Shown here one piece after another: positions 25,501 to 35,137 of a DNA stretch of 64,000 bases; position 1 is the first letter of the stretch, and each line of letters starts with the position of its first letter. A program made the translations under genes and the position numbers. The stretch spans positions 4,476 to 68,475 of the forward strand of contig JACPFF010000026.1 of NCBI GenBank assembly GCA_016183065.1, given 5' to 3'. The notes beneath the pieces were generated by a model. It was not told where the DNA came from, ran no database searches, and worked only from the letters and a program-made list of their open reading frames with translations. The DNA comes from Deltaproteobacteria bacterium. GTDB taxonomy: Bacteria; UBA10199; GCA-002796325; JACPFF01.

Positions 25501-26328
25501 ATGCGATCGCTCGTAAAACGGTATGGATGGAATCTTGTTGTGCTGCTCTCTGTGGTTGCACCGCTCCATGCTGCGTCGGCGGCAGAGCCGTATCTCGAGG
25601 TGCCGATCGGACGATTTGCGAGACTGGTGCAGGCGGTGGATGCGGCCAAGGAGGCCTCGCGCCGCTTGCAGTATCCCATCGCGGAAGAGACATTGCGGAT
25701 TCCCGCCACGAAGACGCGCCACGTGGGACGCGTGGTCGAGATCTTTGCCGAGCCCGAAGGGACGCTGGTCGTGAGCGTACTCCTCATGAGCAATGCCACG
25801 GGGTCCAGGGAACGGGACTACTATCTCCAGCAGATCAAGACGGTCTATCCGCAGGTGGTGCTGACACCACGACGACTCGACCCGGCGCAGGTGACCATCG
25901 ATCCATTCTACGCCGCCTATGCGGTGTCGCAGGTGGTCATCCTGGGGAGCTACCCGCAGTATCAGGATGCGCTGACCAAGGTGCGTACGCTTTCACAGGC
26001 GAGCACGATTCCCTACGATGCCAGAGGGATGGTCTATGACCGGCGGAAAGGCCTGATTTGGCCGGACCGCGACGTGGACAATCCTTTTGCCGGGTCGTAT
26101 CTGGCACGCCGCGATAATGCGTGCGACACCGAAGGTCCATATTGCCTGACCATTGAGCGCTCTGAATTCTACGAAGGCTTTACGCCGGGATACTATATCA
26201 TTGTCGGGGGCATTTTTGCTGCGGACGGCGAACGGCAGGCTGTGGAACAACTGCTGACACGCATTCGCCCGCATCTCCCCGACGCCTATGTCAAACGGAC
26301 ATCGATTTACATGGGCTGCAATTCGTAA
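25501..26328 (+). CDS. Hypothetical secreted protein, possibly with SPOR-like repeats
   Basis: Signal peptide ending LHAASA. YAVSQVVILGSYPQYQDALTKVRTL and YYIIVGGIFAADGERQAVEQLLTRIR look like SPOR-type beta-alpha-beta units (weak). Confidence 0.4.
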   Translation: MRSLVKRYGWNLVVLLSVVAPLHAASAAEPYLEVPIGRFARLVQAVDAAKEASRRLQYPIAEETLRIPATKTRHVGRVVEIFAEPEGTLVVSVLLMSNATGSRERDYYLQQIKTVYPQVVLTPRRLDPAQVTIDPFYAAYAVSQVVILGSYPQYQDALTKVRTLSQASTIPYDARGMVYDRRKGLIWPDRDVDNPFAGSYLARRDNACDTEGPYCLTIERSEFYEGFTPGYYIIVGGIFAADGERQAVEQLLTRIRPHLPDAYVKRTSIYMGCNS

Positions 26329-26334
26329 CCGTGG

Positions 26335-26922
26335 TTATCCCGCGAAATACGCCTTGAGACCGGCTGGATCGGCTTTCATGGTCCGGTCGCCCTGGTGCCA
26401 GTTGGCCGGGCAGACCTCGCCGTGCGTCTCGAAGAATTGCAGCGCATCGACCATGCGGAGGGCCTCGTCGACACTGCGTCCCAGCGGCAGGTCATTGACC
26501 ACCTGATGACGGACGATGCCGGTCTTGTCGATCAGGAAGAGTCCGCGGAGCGCAACTCCGAGATCTTCGACGAGCACGTCGTACGCCCGCGCAATGTTTT
26601 TTTGGAGATCGGAGACAATCGGATACGTGACGCCGGTAATACCGCCCTGCGCCCGCGGTGTGTTCAACCAGGCAACGTGCGAAAAATGCGAGTCGACCGA
26701 GCAGCCAATGACCTGCACGCCCCGTTTTTCAAATTCAGAGAGGGATTCCTGAAAGGCATGTAATTCGGTCGGACAGACGAAGGTGAAATCGAGGGGGTAG
26801 AAAAAGAGGAGGACGTGTTTTTTCCCCGCAAACTGTGCGAGTGAAAAATTGGGGACCATTTCTCCACGAACAACGGCCATGGAACCAAAATCAGGTGCTT
26901 TTTTGCCCACGAGTACGCTCAT
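26335..26922 (-). CDS. Typical 2-Cys peroxiredoxin (AhpC/Prx1 family)
   Basis: FFYPLDFTFVCPTE peroxidatic Cys block and resolving Cys in HGEVCPANW. Start MSVLVGKKAPDF with GGAGGA 4 nt upstream. Confidence 0.9.
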   Translation of the reverse strand: MSVLVGKKAPDFGSMAVVRGEMVPNFSLAQFAGKKHVLLFFYPLDFTFVCPTELHAFQESLSEFEKRGVQVIGCSVDSHFSHVAWLNTPRAQGGITGVTYPIVSDLQKNIARAYDVLVEDLGVALRGLFLIDKTGIVRHQVVNDLPLGRSVDEALRMVDALQFFETHGEVCPANWHQGDRTMKADPAGLKAYFAG

Positions 26923-27068
26923 AATGTCCTCCATGCCCGGTGACCGGTTTCATGCCAGTTGTGACTGAAGGTCTTCTCTTGCCTTGCGCGGTGCGCGATC
27001 GCAAGCGGAAAGAAAAAATCCCCCAAGAGGGGTCTCTTGGGGGATTTCCCACCGATGTGTGGGCCCGA

Positions 27069-27281
27069 TTATTTTGCCCCGCAACCATCGAGCGATTTTT
27101 TCGCCTTAAAACAGTTCCCGACGTCATTCAAATCCTTGGCGCCGGCCTTTACGTGACACGTGGTGCATGGCTTGTTGCCGACCTGCTTGCTGAAAGTTGG
27201 CGTGGCAAAGAGTGTTGAAATGCCAATGGTTGGTACCGCCATGACCGCTGCCGCAAGGGCAATGAGTTGCGTCTTTTTCAT
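27069..27281 (-). CDS. Small secreted monoheme c-type cytochrome
   Basis: MKKTQLIALAAAVMAVPTIG signal. Single CTTCH. GGAGGAG RBS upstream of the ATG at 27281. Confidence 0.6.
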   Translation of the reverse strand: MKKTQLIALAAAVMAVPTIGISTLFATPTFSKQVGNKPCTTCHVKAGAKDLNDVGNCFKAKKSLDGCGAK

Positions 27282-27566
27282 CTCTCCTCCTGGAGGGTTA
27301 ACGACATTCACATGCCAACAAACAGGTATCAAGATCAATCACTTTTTTGCGATGACGACAATGATATCCATCATATTTTTTTTTACCACGGTTTTACCGT
27401 CCGCGTCAGCCTGGAGTCCACCCTGCTCTTCTCTTCAACGCCATGATAGGGATCATACGACATGTGTCAATCAGTCATTCACGCCTTTTTTCCCCTTGCT
27501 TTCCCGTCAGGACCTGCTAGCGGCGCCGCTGAACACCCAATGGCGGGTCTTTCGCAAGGAGGGCGT

Positions 27567-28289
27567 ATGAAACGATTCAGTTGGTGTCTGGTCGCCATGC
27601 TCATGATGGGCTGTGGCGGTGGTGAGAGTGGCAACGCCGATGATACTGAAGGGGCATCGACCAACGGGGCAGTCTCCTCTAGCGGTGCAACGACGGCCAC
27701 TGAGGCCCAGACAGAAACCGCAGTGAGCTCGGCGATGGGAGCAGTGGAAGTCGCCATGACGGCGGCGTTTGGGGGACTCAGTGCGGAAGTGGCCAAGGGT
27801 GTGGCGGGGGTTGGCACTCTCCCGTTACTTACGAAACAGGTCCCGGCGACTGTAAAAGCAATGACGTTGCAGGAAACCACAACGTGTACCCCTGGCGCTC
27901 TGCCGGATGTGGTGGGTGGAGATTTTAGTGGGACGATCACGGGGACGGAGATCGATCCGGATGGGAGCGGGACCTGCGCGATCATGTTCGATACCGACGA
28001 TTCGACGGTCGGGATGGTGCTCGATTGCGATCAATTCACGCTCGGCAATGCCATGGACGATGCGGTGATTGACGGCAAGGTCGGCTTTTCCGGTCTGTTT
28101 GGTGGAGAGATTGCCACCATGTCGTACGGCTCCGAGAATTTTTTCATTACCCTTGCTGATGGAACGAATTGCGAACTCGTGCTGAACTTCGGCGTGACAC
28201 TCAATGTCTCCGCCAATACGATCAGTTACAACGGCTGTGCAACGTTCTGCGGCAGCGGGTACACCATCTCCGGGACAGATACTTTCTAG
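27567..28289 (+). CDS. Hypothetical lipoprotein
   Basis: MKRFSWCLVAMLMMGCGGGESG (lipobox-like MMGC). AAGGAGGG RBS. T/S/G/A-rich mature protein. Confidence 0.5.
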   Translation: MKRFSWCLVAMLMMGCGGGESGNADDTEGASTNGAVSSSGATTATEAQTETAVSSAMGAVEVAMTAAFGGLSAEVAKGVAGVGTLPLLTKQVPATVKAMTLQETTTCTPGALPDVVGGDFSGTITGTEIDPDGSGTCAIMFDTDDSTVGMVLDCDQFTLGNAMDDAVIDGKVGFSGLFGGEIATMSYGSENFFITLADGTNCELVLNFGVTLNVSANTISYNGCATFCGSGYTISGTDTF

Positions 28290-28325
28290 TCCGGGCCGGT
28301 TTTTTTCGGCACGCAGACGATCGGC

Positions 28326-29606
28326 ATGGTGGAATGGCGACTGCACAAGCGCGGTGAACGCCGCTTTCGGCAGGGGCATCCCTGGGTTTTTTCCAATGAG
28401 CTTGTCCACCCCCCGGCGGGCATCGTTCCTGGGGCTCCCGTCGATCTGTGCGATGCGCGGGGAGCATTTCTTGCCTGCGGCTATGGCAATCCCCATTCAC
28501 TCATTGCCTTTCGGCAGATGACCCGTGACCGGACGCAACCGGTCGATCTTCCACTCGTGCGTGAACGACTCCGACAGGCGAGTCACTTTCGTCGGCGGCT
28601 CGGATATCACGCGACCAGTCACCGGGTCGTCTTTGCCGAAGGGGATCTGCTCCCGGGGTTGATCATCGATCGCTATGTCAATGCCGCCGGGCAGGTCTTT
28701 GTGGCCGAGCTCTCCACGGCTGGCATGGAACGGTTGGTCGGCGAGACCCTGCCGACCCTACTGCACGAGTTGGCGGACTGGGAGGTCGCACAGGGGGGTG
28801 CGCCGTTTTCGCGGGACGCCACAACGGTCGTGGTCCGACGCGAGGGGGCCTTTCGGGCGCTGGAGGGTCTTGCAGGGCAGCCTGCGCACGTTGTCGGTCC
28901 GTTGGCGTCCGAGGCGCTCTCCGCCTATCCGGCGCGCGTGGCCTCCGGCCAGGGATCGCTCACACTCATTGTCGACCTCTTTGCCGGGCAAAAGACGGGG
29001 CTCTTTCTCGACCAGCGGGAAAACATCGCGCACCTGCTGCGATTGCTGCAGGCGCGGAGGTCCTCTGTCGGCGAGGAATTCCGGGTGCTCGATCTCTTCG
29101 CCTATGTGGGGCAGTGGAGTGCACACGTCGCGCAGCTTCTGGAGGCACGGTCTGGCGTGACGGCCACGTTGGCAGATGCCTCGGCAGCGGCGCTCGCCAC
29201 GGCGGCAACCAATGTCTCGGCCTGCGGCGCGCGCAGTCACCCTGTGCAGCTCGATCTCCTGCAACCCTGGCCCAAAGCGCTGGGGTTTGCCTATGACCTG
29301 GTCGTGTGCGATCCACCGGCGCTGATCAAGAATCGGCGCGACATTGCCGCCGGATATCGCGCCTATGTGAAATGCAATGCGTGGGCCATGCAGCGGCTCC
29401 GTCCCGGCGGACTGTTTGTGACCTGTTCCTGCTCGCATCACCTGAGTCATGACGCCTTTCGCGAGGCCGTGACCGCGGCGATGCACAAGGCCAAGGTGTC
29501 TCTCCAGTGGGTGTATTGCGGGAGCCAGGCGGCGGACCATCCGCGGCGGCTCGAGTTTCCGGAAGGGGAGTATCTCCAGTGCTCGATCGGGGAACGACAG
29601 CCGTGA
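28326..29606 (+). CDS. RlmI/RlmK-like SAM-dependent rRNA (cytosine-C5) methyltransferase with PUA-like N-terminus
   Basis: HKRGERRFRQGHPWVFSNEL N-terminal signature. VLDLFAYVGQWS and VVCDPPA SAM motifs. Confidence 0.75.
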   Translation: MVEWRLHKRGERRFRQGHPWVFSNELVHPPAGIVPGAPVDLCDARGAFLACGYGNPHSLIAFRQMTRDRTQPVDLPLVRERLRQASHFRRRLGYHATSHRVVFAEGDLLPGLIIDRYVNAAGQVFVAELSTAGMERLVGETLPTLLHELADWEVAQGGAPFSRDATTVVVRREGAFRALEGLAGQPAHVVGPLASEALSAYPARVASGQGSLTLIVDLFAGQKTGLFLDQRENIAHLLRLLQARRSSVGEEFRVLDLFAYVGQWSAHVAQLLEARSGVTATLADASAAALATAATNVSACGARSHPVQLDLLQPWPKALGFAYDLVVCDPPALIKNRRDIAAGYRAYVKCNAWAMQRLRPGGLFVTCSCSHHLSHDAFREAVTAAMHKAKVSLQWVYCGSQAADHPRRLEFPEGEYLQCSIGERQP

Positions 29607-29692
29607 CCTGTGGTGTCCAGGCTTGACGATGGACCGCCAACCCGCTAACTCCGCCTGCTAGGGGGCCCTGGTATGGGACGAGGAGCAATACG

Positions 29693-30577
29693 ATGACCCT
29701 TTTGAGACAGCTATTCCGCAGCGGTCGAGGTGCAACAGCCGCCCCGTCACCGGTATCCATCTCGGAGGACCCCGCGCCAGCGGCGACCGCAGCAATCACA
29801 CGTCCGCTCCTGGAGCGCATTCGCACGCATCCGCTCCGGTATGTTGCCCCGATGTCCGTGACCGGACTCGGTCTCGCCGGGGGCATTGCGGCAAGCGCGA
29901 TCAGCGGGAGCGGGGGGAGTCTGCGCATCGCCTCCCTGCTGTTGGTCGGCGCGGCCATGGCAGACGCGGTCGATGGCGTGGTGGCGCGGTTTTTTCATGC
30001 CGCATCGCGATATGGCATGCATGCCGACACGATCACCGATGGCGTGGCGTATGGCGTGGCGCCGGCGGTGATGGTCTTCTCCCTCGGAGAGCGTGCCCAT
30101 CTGCCGCGGCTCCTCAGTGGGGCTGCGGCGTTGTGGACTGCGGGGAGTGTTTTCTTTCGACTCTTTCGTTTTGCACGACATGACCAGGCGGAGATCTCTG
30201 TCGGGTTTTCCGGGCTCCCGAGTACGGGCGGTGGCCCCATGATCGCCGGAGCCACAGTTATGGCGGACGTGGAGACCGAGGAAGCGGGAGACACGGTGGC
30301 TGCCAGGGCCATTGCGGCTCTCACGACGTCGGTGATTCTCGGGGGACTGATGGTCTCCAAGATCTGGTACCCGAAATTGAGCCAGGTCCTCGCCGGACTC
30401 AACTGGCGGAGCCTGAAAACGCGCACGGGGGCCGCATTTCTTCTCGGAGCGATCACCGGCACCATCACGGCCGTCGGTCCGATGGTGCCGCTCCTCGCCC
30501 TCTTCGGGGCCTATGCCCTCTCAGGCCCGGTCCACCTGCTTTCGCAGAAGGGACGACAGTTCCGATCTCGCGGGTAG
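29693..30577 (+). CDS. CDP-alcohol phosphatidyltransferase, PssA-like
   Basis: DAVDGVVARFFHAASRYGMHADTITDGVAYGVAPA fits D-x2-DG-x2-AR...G-x3-D-x3-D. Multi-TM. Confidence 0.65.
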   Translation: MTLLRQLFRSGRGATAAPSPVSISEDPAPAATAAITRPLLERIRTHPLRYVAPMSVTGLGLAGGIAASAISGSGGSLRIASLLLVGAAMADAVDGVVARFFHAASRYGMHADTITDGVAYGVAPAVMVFSLGERAHLPRLLSGAAALWTAGSVFFRLFRFARHDQAEISVGFSGLPSTGGGPMIAGATVMADVETEEAGDTVAARAIAALTTSVILGGLMVSKIWYPKLSQVLAGLNWRSLKTRTGAAFLLGAITGTITAVGPMVPLLALFGAYALSGPVHLLSQKGRQFRSRG

Positions 30578-30583
30578 ATCTCC

Positions 30584-32329
30584 CTACTCCTCTCCATGGC
30601 ATCCCTTGCAGAGTTCCTGGGCGCCATCGCGCAAGGGGCCCTCTTTGTGCGGCCCGAACTCGTGACAGTCGCTGCAGGGCATCAGGGAAGCGTGCATGGC
30701 GTGGGGCATGGTTTTTCCATCGTGCTCGACCGTTTCCGCAGGGATGGTGACCCCGACGCGCTTGTGGCAGAGTGTGGTGCAAAAGGCCTCGGAAAGGAGC
30801 GGCAACGTGCGCAAGTCGGTCGCAGGTCGTCCGAGTTCTTTTCCCACCTCGTCGAGGAGGGCATTGGCTTTGCGCAAGGTGGCGGCCGCGAGATAGATGT
30901 TGTGTTCCCCGTGGGCATATTGCACAAAATTGACCCAGGACTCCACCTGCTGGAGTTGTTCTTCGGCCCACAACTCTTTCTCCGAACGCGGCGTGCTGTG
31001 CGGCACCGCCGCAGTACTGGCATGGAGTTTTTGCGTCATGGCCCCGAGCGTTTTCTGGACCGCGTTCCGGGTGTCATCGAAGATGCCGCGGAACGATTCA
31101 CCATGGCATTTTACGCAGGCCTGCGGAGAGGCCGTGTAGGTGCGGCCTTCGAATTGCGCGCCGGCGTGTTCCTGTTTGACATAGTGGCAGCCGACGCAAT
31201 CGACATTGGCGAGATACATGGGGCTCGGGATCTCCGGCAGTCCGAGTTCTGCGACCTTGCCGGTGTACATTTCCAGTTGGCCCGCGTGCTTGCCCTGATG
31301 GCAGAAGTTGCAATTGAAGGTCAGCGTCGGCAGGTGGCTTGCCGGAGGCGTTGCTTCAGTGGGTCCCTTCCCCGCGGCGGCTTCACCAATCGGCCCCAGG
31401 ACCTTTTCCTGCCGGTAACCGAGCCCATGTTCCATCTGCTCGTGACAATGAAAGCAGGCGACGTTGTGTTCCGTGACATGTTTTTCATGGAGGAGCGGAA
31501 TGTCGGTAAAGAGGGCGATTTTTTCCGGTTGGTTGTGGCACGTGAAGCACCGCTCGATATGGGCCTCGCCACTCCCCTTCAAGACATCGAGATGACACGA
31601 TTCACAGGTGACTCCCCGCTCTGTGACGAACGTCTGATGATTATACCGCATGTTGCCGACGGTGATTTCCCTCTCCGGCAGCGTATGACAGCCGAGGCAG
31701 CCGCCAATGGGATCGAGTGTTCGCTCGGTGCCGCGCCCGCGGAAGTGGCAGAGATAACACGTGCCGTAGGTCACCTCGACGTGATTCCCCACCACGATCT
31801 GTGAGTGACAGGAGACGCATTTCAACCGGCGACCGCGTTTCTCCGTGGTGAGATGGGGACGGTGGTCAAACTTGATTCCCGATGCGGTTTTCACACGACC
31901 TTCCAGCAGGCGCGTCGAATGGCAGCCGGAACGGAGACACGCCGCGTCTTCGATCTCCGCAAACGGCTTCGACGAATAGGTGCGCGTGACATACTTCGCC
32001 ACCTGGGAGAGCGCCTGAAACTTGCGCCATAGGTGACTCTTGAACGATTCCGGCGGATAGTGGCAGTGCACGCACGGGACGAAGTTGTGTTTCGAGGTGG
32101 CCCAGGCATTGTAATACGGATCCATGATGTGACACGATTTACAGAAGGCGGGGCTTTCCGCGTAACGGGCTCCCGCGCCGAGCAGCAGGATGAGACAGAG
32201 GATCGATCCCGCAATGATCCGGCTCCGTGTTGTCCGAAGCCAGGTCCGTTGCGCATAGCGCATCTTTCCCCAGAGGATACTGGTGCGAAGAGCCGATTGG
32301 ATGGCCGCCCAGAGACGCGTATGCCACAT
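30584..32329 (-). CDS. Membrane-anchored multiheme cytochrome c with NapC/NirT-like N-terminus (13 CxxCH plus CLRSGCH and CTTLCH)
   Basis: N-terminal TM, then CKSCH...W..S.H...CVHCH as in NapC/NrfH. Heme motifs counted by eye. Confidence 0.8.
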   Translation of the reverse strand: MWHTRLWAAIQSALRTSILWGKMRYAQRTWLRTTRSRIIAGSILCLILLLGAGARYAESPAFCKSCHIMDPYYNAWATSKHNFVPCVHCHYPPESFKSHLWRKFQALSQVAKYVTRTYSSKPFAEIEDAACLRSGCHSTRLLEGRVKTASGIKFDHRPHLTTEKRGRRLKCVSCHSQIVVGNHVEVTYGTCYLCHFRGRGTERTLDPIGGCLGCHTLPEREITVGNMRYNHQTFVTERGVTCESCHLDVLKGSGEAHIERCFTCHNQPEKIALFTDIPLLHEKHVTEHNVACFHCHEQMEHGLGYRQEKVLGPIGEAAAGKGPTEATPPASHLPTLTFNCNFCHQGKHAGQLEMYTGKVAELGLPEIPSPMYLANVDCVGCHYVKQEHAGAQFEGRTYTASPQACVKCHGESFRGIFDDTRNAVQKTLGAMTQKLHASTAAVPHSTPRSEKELWAEEQLQQVESWVNFVQYAHGEHNIYLAAATLRKANALLDEVGKELGRPATDLRTLPLLSEAFCTTLCHKRVGVTIPAETVEHDGKTMPHAMHASLMPCSDCHEFGPHKEGPLRDGAQELCKGCHGEE

Positions 32330-32362
32330 GGTGAGGACTCCCGGTCGAGGTCAATGTGAATG

Positions 32363-34429
32363 TTAATGCACCAGCGCAATCAGGATGATCAATATCAGAC
32401 CGATTGCGAGTGCCGTAAACCCGAAAATTTTCGCAAAATTGCGCAACCAACGGTCTGGCGGCCGCGCCGCGAGCTGTTCGAGCTCGCCGCGTGCCTTGAG
32501 GAGTGCGTATTGGGCCGGTTTTTCATGCGCGAGTTCCTCTTCCGTGATGCGACCCGTGAACATGACCGGATCCATCGGGAATTTGTCCGGACGGAGATGG
32601 CCGTTGAAGAAATGGATCGTGAAGATGAAGCCGACTGCCAGGAGCGCTTCGTCGCTATGAATGATCGTGGCGACGTTGATCACCCATCCGGGGAGAAAGG
32701 TGGTGAAGAACGTGGGGAACCAGAGGATGATTCCGGAGCTGCCGATGATCGCAATACCCCAGAAGACCGCCCAGTAATCGAACTTCTCCCAATAGGTCCA
32801 GCGGCCCCACTGCGGTTGCGGGCCGAGGCCGAAGAACCATTGGAGTTGCTGCCACATCTGCACGGCGTCGTGCCACTGCGGCACGAGCGAGTCCGGTCCC
32901 CAGAGGATGTGATAGTCCTTCTCTTTCACCAGGCGCCGGACGAGGAAGGCGAGGTGCATGATGCAGTAGCCGAAGGTCATGATGGCGCAGGTGCGGTGAA
33001 TAAAGCCCGCGATCTCGAAGCCGCCGAAGACGTGGGCCAGCCAGATTGCCCACGGACGATCGCTGAATTTAAGCGGGAGTCCGGTCGAGGCGAGCCCGAG
33101 GAAACTGATGATGATCAGCGCGTGGGTCATGCGATGATACAGATCGAAGCGCCAGTAATATTTTTCCGGCCGCCCGACTGTGCGTCGCGCAAACCGCGCC
33201 GGATCGAGTTGTTTGAGGCGGCGTCGCTCAATGAGCGACCGGGTGAGCCAGAGCAGCGCATGGAGGCCCCATGTGGCAAAGGTCAAGATCAGCAAGACGT
33301 TAAATCCCTTGTAGACGTAGTACAACCCGGGATTCCGGTCGGGGCGCGTGTAATCGGCATGTGGCAGGAATTGCGCAAAGCCGGCGGTGGCCTTGGGGTG
33401 GCATTGCTGGCACGTGGCCAGACGGTGTGTGGCGCTCAAGGTCGATGCCGGATCGTCGATGGGGAGAATCTGATGATACCCGTGGCAATCGGAACAGCGG
33501 GCCACGGCCGTGTACCCAAGCGCCGTGACCTTGCCATGATAGCTGTGACGGTAGGTTGCGAGGGCCTCCACATGGCAGTCGCCACATCCTTCAATGATCG
33601 AGAGTTTCCAGGCCTTGCTCCCGACGCGCGTAATCATATGGCCGCGGTGACAGTTGGTGCAGACCGGCGTGGCCTCGCCGGTGGCGGAGAGGCCCGAACC
33701 ATGGACACTCTGCTGGAAGGTGGCGGCCACGCCGGCATGGCAGGTGCCACAGGTTTTCACAATGTTCTGGCGGTGGATGTGTGAGGACGGATCCTGGTGC
33801 GGCGTAATATCGTGGACGCCGTGACAATCGGAACAATTGGCTGCCACAAGCAGGCCACTCTTCATGACCGCGCGTCCGTGGATTGAGTCCATGTAGAGTT
33901 GATAGGCGTTTTCGACAGGGATGCGGTTGCGTCGGGCCAGCTCCGGATCGCCATGGCACGTGCCGCAGGTGCGCGGCAGATTCAGGTGATAGACCGGCGA
34001 TTGCGGGTCGTCCGTGGCGAGCACGTTGTGCACTGATCCATGACAGGACTCGCACCGCGCGGCCTCCGCGACCCCGCCGACCTGGGCACGGCCATGCACG
34101 CTGTTGCCGTATTCGGTGCCGATCGTGCCATGACAGGTGTCGCACGCGAGCTTTTCCACCGGGGCTGGATGGGGATACTCCGTGACATTCGGGTGGCACG
34201 TGTCGCAGGAAAACGCGTTGTGCACCGAGGACTGATAGCGCGCCGCATCGACATGCGGGATGCCATCGATCGGGGTACCGTGACAGGTGAGGCAGTCCCC
34301 GGAGGTTGGGGAGGCGGGGAGATGGCGTGGGGCGGCCACGAGGAGCAGGGCGAGTGCCAAGAGGCATGGGACCACCAATCGGTGTCGCGGTCGTCTCGGC
34401 ATCGGACTCGTGGCTTCCTCGGTGCTCAC
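32363..34429 (-). CDS. 11-heme cytochrome c fused to a C-terminal membrane b-type cytochrome domain (CbcL-like architecture)
   Basis: Signal/TM. 11 CxxCH (CLTCH, CDTCH x2, CESCH, CGTCH x2, CSDCH x2, CTNCH, CGDCH, CQQCH). The C-terminal about 300 aa has 5-6 TM and conserved His, as in FdnI/HydC-type cytochrome b. Confidence 0.75.
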   Translation of the reverse strand: MSTEEATSPMPRRPRHRLVVPCLLALALLLVAAPRHLPASPTSGDCLTCHGTPIDGIPHVDAARYQSSVHNAFSCDTCHPNVTEYPHPAPVEKLACDTCHGTIGTEYGNSVHGRAQVGGVAEAARCESCHGSVHNVLATDDPQSPVYHLNLPRTCGTCHGDPELARRNRIPVENAYQLYMDSIHGRAVMKSGLLVAANCSDCHGVHDITPHQDPSSHIHRQNIVKTCGTCHAGVAATFQQSVHGSGLSATGEATPVCTNCHRGHMITRVGSKAWKLSIIEGCGDCHVEALATYRHSYHGKVTALGYTAVARCSDCHGYHQILPIDDPASTLSATHRLATCQQCHPKATAGFAQFLPHADYTRPDRNPGLYYVYKGFNVLLILTFATWGLHALLWLTRSLIERRRLKQLDPARFARRTVGRPEKYYWRFDLYHRMTHALIIISFLGLASTGLPLKFSDRPWAIWLAHVFGGFEIAGFIHRTCAIMTFGYCIMHLAFLVRRLVKEKDYHILWGPDSLVPQWHDAVQMWQQLQWFFGLGPQPQWGRWTYWEKFDYWAVFWGIAIIGSSGIILWFPTFFTTFLPGWVINVATIIHSDEALLAVGFIFTIHFFNGHLRPDKFPMDPVMFTGRITEEELAHEKPAQYALLKARGELEQLAARPPDRWLRNFAKIFGFTALAIGLILIILIALVH

Positions 34430-34534
34430 AGGCCTTCCCCCAACAATGTCTCCGCTCTCTCACATACCAAAATAGGGGAGACAATGATACAGATCTGTCA
34501 CACGTCTGATCTGGGTCATTATCCGAGGAACGCA

Positions 34535-34616
34535 ACCATTACAGGGGCTCACGTCGCCCCCTCCAGCGGCAAAGCCGCTGGAGCCTCCCCCTCTCGCGCG
34601 CGGTGCGCGCTGGGGA
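34535..34616 (+). repeat. GC-rich palindromic (REP-like) element, copy 2
   Basis: About 94% identical to 8263-8345. Here the CTCCAGCGGC-AAA-GCCGCTGGAG stem is perfect. Confidence 0.8.
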
Positions 34617-34744
34617 ACGTCTACTGAAGATCGGTTTGACACATTCACGGTTTTTGGCTACAGGCGCGGCATTGTTCTCTCGAAGATCAGCCTCACAAGG
34701 CGTCGCCTGATTGCGAAGATGTTGGTATCTGCGCACGAGGAGCT

Positions 34745-35137
34745 ATGAAGAGAAAAATCCGGTATATCATTCCATTGCTCCTCATTGGGGGCGTCATTGG
34801 CTATCTCTTCAGTAGCGCCTTCCGATCGGCCATCCAGTATTACGTCACCGTGGCAGAACTTCAGGCCGCACCGCCGCCACCGGGCCGCATTCTCAAGGTT
34901 GGAGGGACGGTGAAGTCAGGAACCCTCACCCAGACCGGCTCCCGGCCCGTCACGTATCAGTTCACGGTGGCCCAAGGCGACGACGAACTGCCGGTGCGAT
35001 ACACGGGGATGGTCCCCGACACCTTCAAAGAGGGGGGCGAGGTCGTGGCGACCGGCACCTTGGGCGCTGACGGGACATTTGAGGCCACCCACATCCTGGC
35101 AAAATGCGCCTCGAAATATGAGGCAAAGGCCCCGTGA
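34745..35137 (+). CDS. ccmE: Heme chaperone CcmE, CxxxY variant
   Basis: N-terminal anchor and OB-fold blocks (ILKVGGTVKSGTL). C-terminal HILAKCASKYEAK with Cys where canonical CcmE has the heme-binding His. Confidence 0.85.
   Translation: MKRKIRYIIPLLLIGGVIGYLFSSAFRSAIQYYVTVAELQAAPPPPGRILKVGGTVKSGTLTQTGSRPVTYQFTVAQGDDELPVRYTGMVPDTFKEGGEVVATGTLGADGTFEATHILAKCASKYEAKAP

Noticed and set aside
30596-33784. Long plus-strand ORFs (30596-31804, 32360-33784) opposite the two multiheme cytochrome genes
   Set aside because: They have no motifs, while the minus-strand frames contain 24 regularly spaced CxxCH sites. These are antisense artefacts of high G+C.
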